DNA from: Geosiphon pyriformis uo1
Lineage: Eukaryota; Fungi; Glomeromycota
Assembly: GCA_016748015.1 (NCBI GenBank)
Contig: JAAOMT010000226.1
Coordinates: forward strand, 416,604 to 480,603
DNA length: 64,000 bases
Reading direction: 5' to 3'
Part shown: positions 13,401-26,534 of the stretch, piece after piece
Layout of the letters: the number at the start of each line of letters is the position of its first letter
How positions within the stretch are numbered: the stretch's first letter is position 1
The notes under the pieces: generated by a model
The model's database searches: none
What the model was told of the DNA's origin: nothing
Seen by the model: the letters and a program-made list of their open reading frames with translations, nothing else
Made by a program: the position numbers and the translations under genes

Positions 13401-16020
13401 CTTATCAATCTAATTAACACAATGATGAGTTTATTAAGAAAGAGATAAATCAGATAAAAGATCTCAAATTCATACAAAAAACCAAGAGTAAATGGGCTTT
13501 TCTAATTGTAGTGGTATTCAAAAAAGATGGAACCTTATGCTTTTGTGTTGACTACTGCCAATTAAATGTCATCATTATAAGAGATATGTACTTACTCCCC
13601 AAAATTGATGCAATATTAAATAAATTTAATAGTGCTGCTTTTTTCTCAACTATTAATCTAACTGCTGGATTCTGGCAAGCAGAAATGGATCCAGAAAGCA
13701 AAAAGAAAACTGTCTTCATTACCAAGTATGGCACTTATGAATTTACAGTCATGCTTTTTGGTCTCATCAATGCTCCTCTCACCTTTCAACGCCTAATAGA
13801 CAAAGTATTTAAATCAGTAAAAAAAAACTTTGTTCTGGTCTACTTAGATGACATAATAATCTATTCAAAAACCTAAAATCAATATCTTAAACATTTACAG
13901 AAGATTTTTGACCTGCTTAGAAATGCTGGGCTTAAGATCAATTCAATCAAATTTTTCTTTGGATGCCAATCCACTCAGTTCCTTGGTCATTTTATTACAA
14001 AAGATGAAATTTTCCTTGATCCAGCTAAAGTTAAAAAAGTTCAAAATATTAGACAACCAATAAATATTCCTGAACTATGCTCTTTTCTTGGTTTGGCCTC
14101 TTACTATTGTAAATTTATCAAAAATTTCTCCAAAATTGCCTTTTCTCTTAATCAGCTATTCAAAAAAAATGTCAATTATTACTGGAGCACTCATCAACAA
14201 AAAGCTTTTGAAATTCTGAAGAAAAAACTTGTTACTGAACCAATTCTCAAGCAACCTAATCTAAACCAACTTTTTATCCTCCACACTGATGTATCTGGCT
14301 ATGGACTTGGTGTTGTCTTTTTACAGAAAGATGAAAATAGCAGAGAACATGTCATAGTATATATTAGTAGATTCCTTATACCAACAGAAAAAAACTATTC
14401 AGTTACTAAACAAGAATGTTTAATAGTAGTATGGGCTACTAATTACTGAGATCAATATTTTTTTGGTGCAAAATTCTTAGTGGTAACAGATCATCAAGCC
14501 TTGGTTTGGCTGCATAATAAAAAGAAATTGAAACATAAACAAATAACTCACTGGATACTCCACTTGGATAAATTTGATTATAATATTCAACATCACAAAA
14601 AAGCAAATCATCAAAACACTAATGCTTTTTCTAAACTTACCATTCAGTAATAGTACAACCTCTCAAACCAAACCAACTTAATTATTAGTAACTCTTTCAC
14701 AAACAAACATGATAATAGACTTGGACAACTATTCTGCCTTAATAAAATTTTTGGGTAAAGAACAATACCCATTAGAATACACTCGACAGCAAAGAAAACA
14801 TTTGCACAAACAATCAAATTTCTATTTAATTTGCTAGAACCAGTTATATAAAAGAAATAAAAAAGATTCTGATCACTCTCAAAGAGTCTTTAGATTTGAA
14901 GAAAAAAAAATTGTAATATACAACATGTACACTAACTCATTAGCTGAACACTTTGGAAAAACAAAGACAATTCAGAAAACTTTAATTCACTATTATTGGC
15001 CTACTTTGAGAAAAAACATTGCTGAATTTATCAAAACCTGTAATCTTTGCCAAAAAAAGAGGTAAACCCAATCACAAAGAAGATATTCATCTAATCTTTG
15101 TTGATTAACCATTTGACAGAATTGGTATAGATATTGTTGGATCTTTAACAATAATTTCTGATGATAACAGATACATTATTATAGCTACCAACTATTTTAC
15201 AAAGTGGGTAGAAGCAAGAGTCACTCTTGACCAAACAGCAGTCTCAATAGCCAATTTCATTTATAAAGATATTATTTGTCATTATGGCTGCTCCAAAGAA
15301 CTTTTATCTGATAGAAAAAGAGCTTTTCTTAGTATACTGGTTAAAAAACTTTGTAGAAAAATAGAAATACATCATAAACTTTTTTCTTCTTATTACCCCT
15401 AAACAAATAGCCTAGTGAAATGTTTCAATAGAACACTATGTAAAACTTTAACCAAAATCAGTAAAGAAATAAACTTATAAGACAAAGTACTGTCTTCAGC
15501 TTTGTTTGCTTATAGAACTGTAAATTATGACATAACAAGTTATAAATCTTTTTATCTGCTTTATGGATGCATGACAATATCATCAATAGAAACTGACATT
15601 AAAATAATACCCTTTGAAGAGATCACAATAGAAAATTACAAAGACATTTTACAAAAAAGAGTTGGTATCATTCTTGACCCCTTGGTAGAAGCACAAATAA
15701 TTGTTTTTAAAAAAATAAAACAGTTCCAAGAAAAGCTTAAGAAAAAAAACCTATAAAATACTTTCTTTAAGTGTTGGTGACTTGGTATTAGAATACTATT
15801 TGGACAAAAACAATATTTATGGTGATAAATTTTCTAACTGATAGAAAGAACTCTTTATAGTCAACAAAGTTTTGAACAATGATTTTTATATTCTTCAAGA
15901 TCAATCTGGAACAATTTTTAGTGATCATTTTGTTCATAGTACATGACTCAAAAAATATCATAAACGACCTGATTGGTTGTCTGTTGTAATAATACCAACC
16001 CAAATAATCAGCAAAAATTA
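10422..16020 (+). pseudogene. gag-pol pseudogene of gypsy A (gag with CCHC, aspartic protease, RT, RNase H, integrase with GPF/Y-type C-terminus)
   Basis: Gag ORF 11234..11479; CYYCRLTGHFSKDC (~11765-11808); protease LILNSGLSVS and IIVGNK (12205..12690); RT FCVDYCQLN...LFGLINAP...VYLDDII (13511..13876); RH LHTDVSGYGLG...NYSVTKQECL (14093..14449); integrase H-H-C-C and IGIDIVG (~14920-15480). Confidence 0.93.
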
Positions 16021-16068
16021 AGTATAAATAAATGCACTATTTCCAAAACAGAGGTATTTTTAATTAAC

Positions 16069-16680
16069 ATGAACAATTATTTTCTGGATCAAAACATTTA
16101 AAATGTCTTTTATACTCTCTATAAGTATTGAATCAAAAACTATCCAAATGCTACTCTGACTATTAGAAAACAAACTACCATAACAAGTAACAGTGAAACA
16201 CATACTGTTATTAGACCAAAGAAAACCACTACCAGAAAAGAAAGAATTGGTAGTAAAATGGATAAATATCTGTTAAAAAATATAACAGCAGCTATACTCT
16301 CACCTTCTAGCACAATTGGAAAAACAATCCAAGAAATCTTGCTCATAAACAAAAATTTGTTATATAAAAGACAATTAGAACTTTATAGTTGTCTTGGAAA
16401 AATTATAGAGGATATGAAACTCATGAAAAAAACAACTTTAAAGATACAGACAGAAATTTTGAGCATTATATGGTTAGATGTTCTAAGAGTTTTAACTATT
16501 GCTAAAAGAGCCAAAACTCTAATACAAAGATTTGGTCTCTTGAATACAAAACTCATTTCAAGTATTATATACCCTATCCACAAAAGACTTTAACAAACTA
16601 GTTAGCTTTGAGTTAGATAAAACTCTTTAAATAGATTACACTATGAATAACTTGATTTCACCAGAGCTCAATCTTTTTGA
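16069..16680 (+). pseudogene. Extra ORF3 of gypsy A between integrase and PPT (unknown function, ~200 codons)
   Basis: ATG 16069 is in frame with ORF 16258..16593 (ELYSCLGKIIE...TIAKRAKTLIQRFG). The frame continues through stops to LDFTRAQSF at the PPT and resembles the family B ORF3. Confidence 0.6.
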
Positions 16681-16689
16681 AGAGAATAA

Positions 16690-17391
16690 TATTATAGTTG
16701 AAATCTATACTTCTTATTAATTATCACATGTATTAGCCACTAATGTTATATAATTAGCCACTCTATTTTTAGAAAGTGATTATTGATCTGATTATTGACC
16801 TGATTAATGACCTGATCATTAATCTGATCATTGACCTAGTTTTTGACTTAATCATTGACTACTTTTAATAACTATATAAGTGATAAATCTCTTAGCTGTA
16901 GAAAAACATATAGAAATAAAAAAAAAGAAATAAAATAAAATAACAACTTCATTTCAATCCTTCTCTTATTGCTAATTTTTTTTTCTTTATCTTTAAGTAT
17001 CTGAACATTTTGGGATAAAAGATTACTTGTTGGCATTTACCTACTCTTTTTCTAACTTGTATAATTGTAGCATTTGAAGATTATTAAATAAAGCATGACT
17101 GAAGAGTACATCTGATACCTGATATTAAATTCTAAGAGTACTAATGTGAGGCATAAAATTATACTAGGCATGATTATTTGTTAACAATACAAACTATTCT
17201 TCTATCTTCAGATTCCCTGGTTATCTTTAGAAAAGTACAACAACTGAGATATTTTATAAAACTGATCTTGCACATTGAATCCATATTCATTCAATTCATT
17301 CTTTGAAGTTGAATTCTCTTTGATTCTTTTTATCATCCTACAATTCTGTTCTCTCTTGCTATCTGTTAGCTTGTTACTTCAACTCATAACA
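16690..17391 (+). repeat. 3' LTR of gypsy A (702 bp), with 7 copies of the 12-bp repeat at 16777-16860
   Basis: Direct repeat of 9692-10368; preceded by GAAGAGAATAA (decayed PPT) and followed by the TSD ATAT. Confidence 0.95.
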
Positions 17392-20300
17392 ATATCTAAA
17401 TAATTTTTGTTATAAAGTTTTTTTCTAATCACAATTAGCAGTTTTTTATAAACTGTTTTCATTAAATATATATAAAAAACTGCCAAGACTTTGTTGATAA
17501 ATTCAAAAAGCATATAAGAGTTCAAATACCAAACCAAAGCAATATAATATCAATTTATGTTCTGAATAAATAAGTCAAGTAAAATTTCCATACTTGAACT
17601 TATTTTTCATTAGACATAACAAATTGTTTAATAAATATTATAAACAAAGTAATATTTATTATTTAACACAATCAAATCATTTGTCATAATAAATTTTTCA
17701 TGAATACCAGTAAGAAAAATTACACAAAACTGTATTATATTATATACAAAAGCATTAATTTATTTATTATTAGTATTTCTCAAATAGCTTTTGATTTTTA
17801 TTTAAGTCACAAAAATGTTTTTTGATCTGATTAAATTAGCCACATGCTATTTTTCTATTTAGTATTTGCTTTAGAAATTAGATGCATAAAGTTTGAGTTC
17901 TAAAATACATATATTTATAAAAATTTGGCTGTTTATATGCAAATACACCAAAAAAAAAGAATATATTTTAATGCTAAAATAATAGTCTATAACTTTAATA
18001 TTATTAATAATAACAACTTAAAAATCTTAATACTTATATTCATTTCAATATCAAAAAAATAAGTTATTGTTTTATCTAACATTTTTGCAATATCCAAGTT
18101 TCTTAACAAATCATTAGTATATATATTAATCATTTTTATTTATAATTTATATAAATATTCCCAAACATTTAAAAACTCTTTTAAATTACAAAAATTTGAA
18201 CAACCAGAATTGAAAATACTTTTATTAAATTTAATAAGAAGACTGTTTATATAAATTAAAGTTTTTGCAAATCACAATAGTACTAAATTTTTTGAACTTA
18301 ATCTTTTTTAATAGTAAAATGTTTTCTAATTCACAACTAAATCATGTTTGTTTAATAATTTATTACCAAAAACAATATTCAATTGCTTTAAAAATTGAAT
18401 TATATTAAAATAATAAGAGTTTTTTAATATTTTAGACATTAAAAAGCAATCAAAAAAATAAAATACATTAGACAAATTATTTGGCAGGAAAATTTTATTA
18501 TCCAAAAAAATTCTTACTATGTCTGCCAAAAAATTATTTACAGAACTAACTCTTAATCTAACTAGAAATTGCAATAGGTTTTTTGGTTTTGTAATTTGTA
18601 AATTCAAAAAGTAGATTCAAACAAATAACTAAGAATTTTTGCTGTATTAAAAAATCCAATTATTGAAGCCACTTTGCTTTCCATTTGTACTTGCTTAAAA
18701 AATATTAATTCATATAGAAATAGATAATATAAAGTCTTGTTAAGAAAATTTTTAGCAAATTAGTCTTAAATTTGAGCTTTTTCCTACTTATAACATCCTA
18801 TTTTTAACACATATTTTTAAACACAAAACTAAATTACATTTAATAATTAATTATAAGCTACAAAACTATTTAAACCAAATAAAAAAATTGTTTATCTAAC
18901 AAAATTTTTTTAAACATTATATTTAAAAAAATCTGATGTTCAAATAAATATATTCTATATTAATAAAAAAACTCTTAAGTATCTGTAAAATTTTTTATAC
19001 TTGGCAATAAAAATTGACTGGCTATTAATATATAACAAAGCATTTTTAATTTTCTGGTTAATAGAAATTACAACTATTTTGTTATTGTTAACAAAAATAT
19101 TATTAATCTTAAAAAATTAATTAGTTATGTCTAAAATATATTATGTTGAAGCCTAATTATATTTTACTCAAATTGTATTATTAACAAAAGCATCTGTTAC
19201 AAAAAAAGAAGTTTTTTCTCTACTAATCTTCATCTTATTTATCTTTGCTATAAAATTAGTATTAATTTAATATTTGCATAAATGTTCATGTTTTTTTATT
19301 TTATACAATAAGAAATCATAAAAAACTTTCTAAAGAAGTAGTAAGAAAATTTTATTTTAATTTAGCTTATTAACTTTGTAACTATTTAAAAGACCAAAAA
19401 TTGTTATTATTCTGTTAACTTTGTTCTTGTATATGTTATTAAAAAATTTAATAAACTTGTTACATATCTTGATATATTTTAAACTAGTTTTCAAATAATG
19501 TTATCTAATAGAATCAAATGTTTGTACATGTTTTGCAAAACCAACTAAAGCTTCTAATTTTTTTTTAAAGCATTTTCTACAATTAAACCAACAACAAACA
19601 CTAGAAATTAAATTAAAATACTCTTTAAGACTGAAAAATTATTATGTTAAACTTATTATAAGCAAATAAAATATAATCTAACAGAATCTTAAACAAAATT
19701 TTCTTAATTGTCTTAATTAATATATAGATTATGTATTTATTAGAATATTATTTCAATTATATGACTTGAAAATTATTAAAATTTACATATGCTTTTGAAA
19801 AACTGAAATATTTTTAAGAATTAAACAAGTGTTTATCAGATTCAAAAAGCATCTTAATACTATATTATTATAATACTTTCAAATTTTATTAAATATATCA
19901 AACAGACTAGTAGCTTTGTTATTAAACAGACCACAAATTATTAGAATTAATTTTTCTATGTTGATTATACTTATTACACCAAAAAAAAATTTTATCTATG
20001 TAAGTTAAGAGTACATATTGACAAGTCCATAAATTAGACAAAATTAAAGACACTTTATGTTTTTTTGTTTAATTTTTTATGATTTTATCAATCTTAAGTT
20101 TTACTTTATTCAGCTTTAAAACCACTTTTTTTTAATTATTAAATGATTTAAAACCACTTTTTAAAACAATTATTCTAAAATATTTTTTATTATATTTTTT
20201 TTATCAAAACTAAAACTTTTTATATGTTTTTCAATTGTTTTTTCAATAAATGCATTTTGATTACTTTAAACTTACAGTATTTAGACTTTTAATAACTTTT

Positions 20301-23296
20301 TTTAATTTTTAATAAGTATTTAATCACATCCATAAAACTTATATTATTGTAAACTAAGTTGGTAAATTTGAAAGTTTTTATTTTATCAATAAATAACCAA
20401 ACTTTAACAAAATAATCAAATTTTAATCTGTTGTCTAAACTTAGCATTCTAACTATTTTAGCAACCAATAATTTTAACTTGTAAAATTTTGAAAACTATT
20501 TGTTTTTTAAGCAATCAAAATTATTAAACTAATGCTTAAAAAACATTTTATTAGCTATATCTACTACTATCTTATTTAAGATCTTTTATATTGTACTTAA
20601 ATTCTTAAAATTTTTAATATTCACAAATTCAATCTGTACTATTAACAAAATATTCTTTAAAACATGTTTATTTTGAACTTTTAACAATTTTTATTAGCTT
20701 ATTTGCAAATATTGTTTAAATAAACATTCAACAGACCTTTTAAACCAACCAAAATCAAAACTGTCTTGTAATTGATATTAAAAAAGTCAGATATAAAACC
20801 AATTTCATGATTTGTAATCGTTTATAACAAATTTTTACTTACAAAAATGTAATCAATAATTTTTTTAATTTTTTTAAAATTGTTTTAAATAAAAGTTTTA
20901 GCCAAAAAATATTTATTAAAAAAATTAACTAAATCTATATTTGAACATTTTCTGAAATTTGCACTCTTTTTAAAATTATTTTTATTAAAATTATTATTTA
21001 AGATCATAAATAAACTAAAATTAACTGCTTTAAAAATAAAAAAATTAATATTAAAAGTCTATTTAAACCTAATTCCAGCCAATACTTCAGTATACAAACC
21101 CAAAACTATGATTAATAGTTTATTTTTAAACAAAAAATAAACTAAAATCATTTTACCAGAAATTTTTTCTACTTTTGTAATGTATTAAACAAAAAAATGT
21201 TCATAATAATAGTTATACTAGCACTAAAAAAACTGTTTTTCAAACTTAATATAAAAATTCAAACTCCATTAAATTTGTTTATAATCTATAATTTAAATCT
21301 TAATTTTAATTCTATTATAATAGATATCATGTTTTTAGAATTTACATACCAATAAACAATGTTTTTTTGTTTGACTAAATTGTTATTTTTTTTAACATTA
21401 TACATAGCAATTTTTTAAGTAAGACTAGTTATTAAGAAAAATAAAAGTCTAAACTCAAACCAAAATTGTTTATTTTGGTCAAAAAACTCAAAACCATATT
21501 TAATAAGTTTTTTATATTATCTTTTAATCTTAAAAAACTCAATAAATCTAAAAACACTATTCTTGTAACAATTTTATTATTAGTGATTACATCTAAATTC
21601 TTACTTATTACTATATCTGCTTCTTAATTTTGTAAAAAAAAGGTTACTAACAGTTAATATCTAGGAAATTATTGGTTTAAATATATTCAATCTCTTAGTT
21701 AACTTACCAATTTGCTTTGTAAAACTAACAAAACCATGCTTAAGAACAGCAAATTTATTATTTATTTCCAATATAACTGGTAAAAAAGACTTTATTTTTA
21801 TAAAAAATCCAATTTTTGAAAACTTATTTAACTAAGAAAAAAAAAAATAAGAAATTACCAACAATCTTTATCTAAAAAACTTTACAAAAAAAACTAAACA
21901 ACCAATAAAGGCTAAATATTTAGCATAAATAAAAACAAGTCTTTTTTTATTCACTTTTAAAAAAATTTTACAAAAAAAACTACTTAAAAAAACTTTTCCA
22001 CTAATAATACAATTAATTAATATATAATCTAATTTTTTATACTTTGTACATTTGGCCATATTTATATAAAACCAATACAGATTAGCATTTTTTATTACAG
22101 ATATAATTCTTATAATAGTATCTAACAAAACATTAAATCAAAATACATTATAGTACATTTGGCTTGAACATATATAATTGAATAATAATTAATAATACAA
22201 GTTTTTCTATTAACCAATTTAATAAAATTCTAAATATCATAAATATTGGTTTTTATTAACAGCATATAAAGCAGTGTCTTGTTATTTTTTTTTACATTTT
22301 AAGTTTTTTTGTCCAAATTTGCTTTAGTAATATATATAGTAATTTTTTAATTAAAATAGATTATTCTATCATAGTCAAATTAACACAACTTGATTGCTTA
22401 AATTTTACAATTGTTTTTTGTTACAGCCTTATCAGTTGTATTTTAATGAACTTAATTATTCTAAAACCAAATAGCACAATACACACAATTTTTATAGAGT
22501 TTTTATTAAAATTTTTTTGACCATTACAATTCAATCTAAATATACAGCTGATTTTTTTAGATTAGTATTTACTAAAATATTTGTAGCCTTTGTTTTTTTA
22601 TTGTCTATGGTAAACTTGATTCAAATATAAAAAACACTTAAATAATTTTAGCAAATTTTAAGAAAATAAAAACCTTTTTAAAACTATTAATATTAATGAA
22701 CAAATTTTTAATTATTTTTAATTTTTTCTAAGAAAACTTTTTGGCTATAGTATTTAAACTAATATTCAAAGCAAAAAACTTTTTAATTAAGATTTGAACC
22801 AGATTTTTGAAAAAAAAAGAAAATAACAAGAGAGTATTTATTATAAAATTATTGTTATTATTATTGAAAAAATTAATTATGTCTAAAAGTTTATCTAAAA
22901 CATATTTAGTTACAATTTTTGACTTCTTTAAAATACTATTAATATCTTTACTATCTATTTTATTTTCACTATTATAGTTAACATTAGTATTTTTTATTAA
23001 ATAATTTTTTTTTATATCAATATTTTTAAACTTAGTAATGTTTTTAGTTTTCAATTTTTTTTACTATCATTAACAAAATCTTCATATTTTGTTAAAAAAC
23101 TATTAATCATATTACTCTTAATAATAATTTCACTTTTTTATTTATTTCTTAAAAACAAAGACTCCTTATTCAAATTTAAACCAAAGTTTTTGAATTTTAA
23201 AGTATTTAGCTAAATATTAAAAAAAACAATAAAAAAAACAATAAAAATTTCTTATATAAAATTATGCTCTTTAAAGAATTTAAAACATAAAAAAGT
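17392..23296 (-). mobile_element. LINE copy L2, main body (ORF1 ~21432-23240, ORF2 from ~21432), more decayed than L1
   Basis: ORF 21868..22128 (AKCTKYKKLDYILINC, decayed CCHC), 22728..23054 and 18326..18607 are colinear with L1; continues at 9691 beyond gypsy A. Confidence 0.88.
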
Positions 23297-23299
23297 AAT

Positions 23300-23535
23300 T
23301 ATTATTATTAAAAACAATATATTTACTTTATTTTTATTTAATTTTAAATATTATTTTTTTTATAGTAATTAATTAAGTTTTAACAAAAAAAAATTTTTGT
23401 TATTAAAATAGCTAAATAAAATATTTTAACAATATTTTTTTAAAAAACATATTCAAGTTAATTTTAATGTTGTTTTTATTTTTTTTAAGAACTTTAAATT
23501 TTTAATAATAAATTAGTTAACAAATTAATTTTTTC

Positions 23536-23571
<36 letters not shown>

Positions 23572-24030
23572 TTTATAAATAATTAAAAAGACCAAAAACT
23601 TTAAAAAACAGTAGGAATTATTTGTGTCTGTTATTATTATACTAAAATTTTTTATAGTTTTAAATAAAATTTTAAACAAAATCTTTTCAATAATATTTAG
23701 TTTTTTTTCTTATATAAACAATATTAATAATAGTATATCTTTTAAAATAAGCCAAGATTAATTATTAAATAGAAATTAAATCAATTTTTTTTATATATAA
23801 TTAGTTAATTTATATTATATTTTTATTATAAATAATTTTATTTTTTATTATTTAAGTAATAATATATTTTTTAAAAATTAAGATTTAGCAAAAATTTTTT
23901 TTAAATGTATTCAATTATTTTTTTTCTATTATTATATTAAAAAATTTGATTTTTAGTTTTTTTAAATTGTAAATTACATGTTTTTTAATTAGTTTATTGT
24001 TAATAACTTTATAATTAATATAATATTATT
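23300..24030 (+). mobile_element. 5' fragment of ORF1-only element, copy X2
   Basis: 23470-23700 (FNNKLVNKLIF...KKTKNFKKQ*ELFVSVIIILKFFIVLNKILNKI) aligns with 45-250 and with ORF 25952..26200; 3'-truncated. Confidence 0.65.
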
Positions 24031-24074
24031 ATTGTCATTAAAACTTTTACTTTTTAGTTTTATTTATTTATTTA

Positions 24075-24198
24075 GTTATAATAAATCACATATATTAATT
24101 ATTAATAATATTAATAGTTATTTTATTTTTAGAATTAATTATTAATATAATCATTAACTTAATTAATAACTTAATTATTAAACTAATTATTAATTAAA
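24075..24198 (+). repeat. Strongly decayed fragment of a family-A-type LTR
   Basis: atcacatatattaattattaata...ttttatttttagaa followed by decayed 12-mers matches the first ~150 bp of the A LTR. Confidence 0.5.
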
Positions 24199-24332
24199 TT
24201 TTTTTTTATTTAAATTTAACAAACAAGACTCAACTACTATCTAAAAATTAGAAACAAATTAAAAGTTTTAAAATTAAATATGATTCACATATTTTTTACA
24301 TATAACCAGTTATTTAAACTAGTTTAAACTAT

Positions 24333-26345
24333 ACTATATTGATATAATAAAAGAAAATTTATCTAAAGCTAATAATTTTTAAACTATATTAAATAATCTA
24401 ATACTACAATAGATTAACTCAACTAATTATTTGACTGTTTTTAAAAAATCAGTTTTAATATTATTAGACTTATGTGTTTAAAGGAATATTAAGTTAAAAA
24501 ATATATTATTATTATTGCCAATTAAAAAATTTAAGTTATTATATATGTTAATATTATCTATACAGCATTTTTTTTTAACAAAACTACTTTTTTTTTCAAC
24601 TTACCAACAACTTTGCTAAAAAAATTCAGATAAACCATAAGTTCATTAATCTTGAAACTAAAAACATTACTTAAAACCAAATTATTCTTAATAAATTATT
24701 CAAATACAGCAATTAAGGAGCTAATAAACTTAACAATTAATTCAATTAATACAAAAAGTTTGGCCAAATCAGATTTCAGAAAAGTCAACCAAAAAAACAC
24801 CAAAAAATTATTTATAGTTATAAAAAAAAGGAGCAGAAGTTATTAAAAGTAGAAATTCAGAAGAGCTTAAAGGAGTAAAAGCTTTGACATAAGACTTAAC
24901 ACTTATAAAACATAATGTAAACATCTTAAAAATTTTAGAACTCTTGGAAGAAAAAGATAAAGATATTTTATAGTCTATAATTAGATAGCCAATTTCTTGA
25001 TACTTAAAATAGCACTAACAATTAAGGGTCTTCTATTAAATACAACACTTTTTTAATATATTAGTTTTGACTACTACAGTATTTAAATCAATTTAAAATT
25101 CAAATATAATTAGAACAAACCAAAAATAGCAATCAAAATTAAGAAAGCAAGAAATAAAACAAATTTAATTATTAACTTGAAAGATTATATTACTGATTTC
25201 AAAGACAATACAACCAAAAAAAAGATTAACTAACTTGGTTTTAAACTTTTACAAGACAAAATAATCTTATTTTAATTAACCAAAAAGAAGATTCTAATAC
25301 TATCTTTGCTTATTAACACTAATCAATAATTCAAAACAAATACAGCAATATTTAACTCTTTAAAATAAATCACAATATATTATTAAACACCAGTAAATTT
25401 CAGTACAACATAAACAATCTTACCAAAAACATTAAATACTGTCTTAATATTGATAACAGATATATCTAAAGACATATTATACAAAGCAACAACAGCAAAA
25501 AAGAAACCAAACTCAAAAACTACCAAAAATTTGGCAATTTTAAAAGTAATTAAGTAAATAGAACTTGTAAGTTCAACCAAAAATACAGTTTCCAAAGACT
25601 TTTGAGAAACAAATTTTATACAGAAAAGCTTTACATTGTTTTTTAATACTGACTTAGTATCCAAAAAACCATGCACAAATTAAAAAACAATCTTAATATA
25701 AACTAATTTGATCTTAAAAATAGCACTAAACACTAAAGTAAAAGTTATTTATATAGTAAATTTTTGATAACTAAAGATAATTTTTTAGATATCACTAGTA
25801 GCAGCACCAGAAACTAGCAAAAAAGATGCTTAGTTTCTATTTAATCAGTTCAGTTCTTAAAAACAGATTATTTAACAAAAAACTGTTGTTTTGTTTTTAA
25901 AACCAATAATAATTTACTAAAAAAAACCATATTTGGCAGTATAACTAATAATTAATTTTGCTCTATCTTAGATAATATGTTAAATAATATAACAGAAATT
26001 TTATTTAAGATTTCATCTAGAATTACAAAAAAATTTAATATAATAATAATAAAAGTATATAACTGTTTTTGCTTTTTGGAATTTTTGTTTTTTTTGGTTA
26101 TTTTCAAAGAAATGATGCTAATAGTATTAGATATAGCAATAATAGTTAAAAAAACCAGCTTGTTAATTAGCCTACTATTAAAAACTTTTGGAGACAACAT
26201 TAAAACTAATCCAAATATGTCTCTTTAAAAGAATTTGACTAATTAAAAACCAGTCAAAGATAAAAAAAATGCTTTAATAGTTATTAAAAGCAGCTTTTTA
26301 TTATTATTAACTAAGAAAAAAGTTTCTAAAATATTGTTACTTATA
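24333..26345 (-). pseudogene. LINE ORF1-like protein pseudogene (RRM-like repeats, CCHC knuckle, helical C-terminus)
   Basis: ORFs 25952..26200 and 25383..25676 (VVALYNMSLD...IKTVFNVFGKIVYVVLKFTGV, aligning with L1 ORF1 VVKKIPVG...ALSEFGVIKSIKM); decayed knuckle CYFKYQEIGYLIIDYK at ~24968-25015. Confidence 0.7.
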
Positions 26346-26406
26346 GAAATTAGAGATTATAATAAGTAGATAAAATAGGCAATCAAAAATAAACATAGTA
26401 AAAAAA

Positions 26407-26530
26407 GAATTCCAAGATTTCTTTCAAGGAATTGTAAGATTCTAGAATTTCAGAATTCCAAAATTTTTTTTGAAAAATTACAGAATTCCAGAATTTTTTT
26501 TAAAGAAATTAAAGAATTTCAAAAAATTTT
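26407..26530. repeat. Imperfect tandem repeat, ~30-bp unit built on GAATTCCAGAATTTTTTTT, ~4 copies
   Basis: gaattccaagatttctttc / gaattccaaaattttttttg / gaattccagaattttttttaa / gaatttcaaaaaatttt. Confidence 0.7.
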
Positions 26531-26534
26531 ATAT

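Larger units (their letters stand above)
9692..17391 (+). mobile_element. Full-length Ty3/gypsy LTR retrotransposon, family A (degenerate)
   Basis: Paired LTRs TGTTACA...CATAACA, 4-bp TSD ATAT (9688-9691 / 17392-17395), PBS, purine-rich tract, and domain order gag-PR-RT-RH-IN. Confidence 0.95.
24199..26530 (-). mobile_element. ORF1-only non-LTR retroelement (HAL1-like), copy X3, apparently complete (~2.3 kb)
   Basis: A single ORF1-like frame ~26345-24333 is followed directly by the LINE-type 3' tail (24270-24335) and poly(A) (T9 at ~24199-24207). Tandem repeats lie at the 5' end. No APE or RT sequence. Confidence 0.75.
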
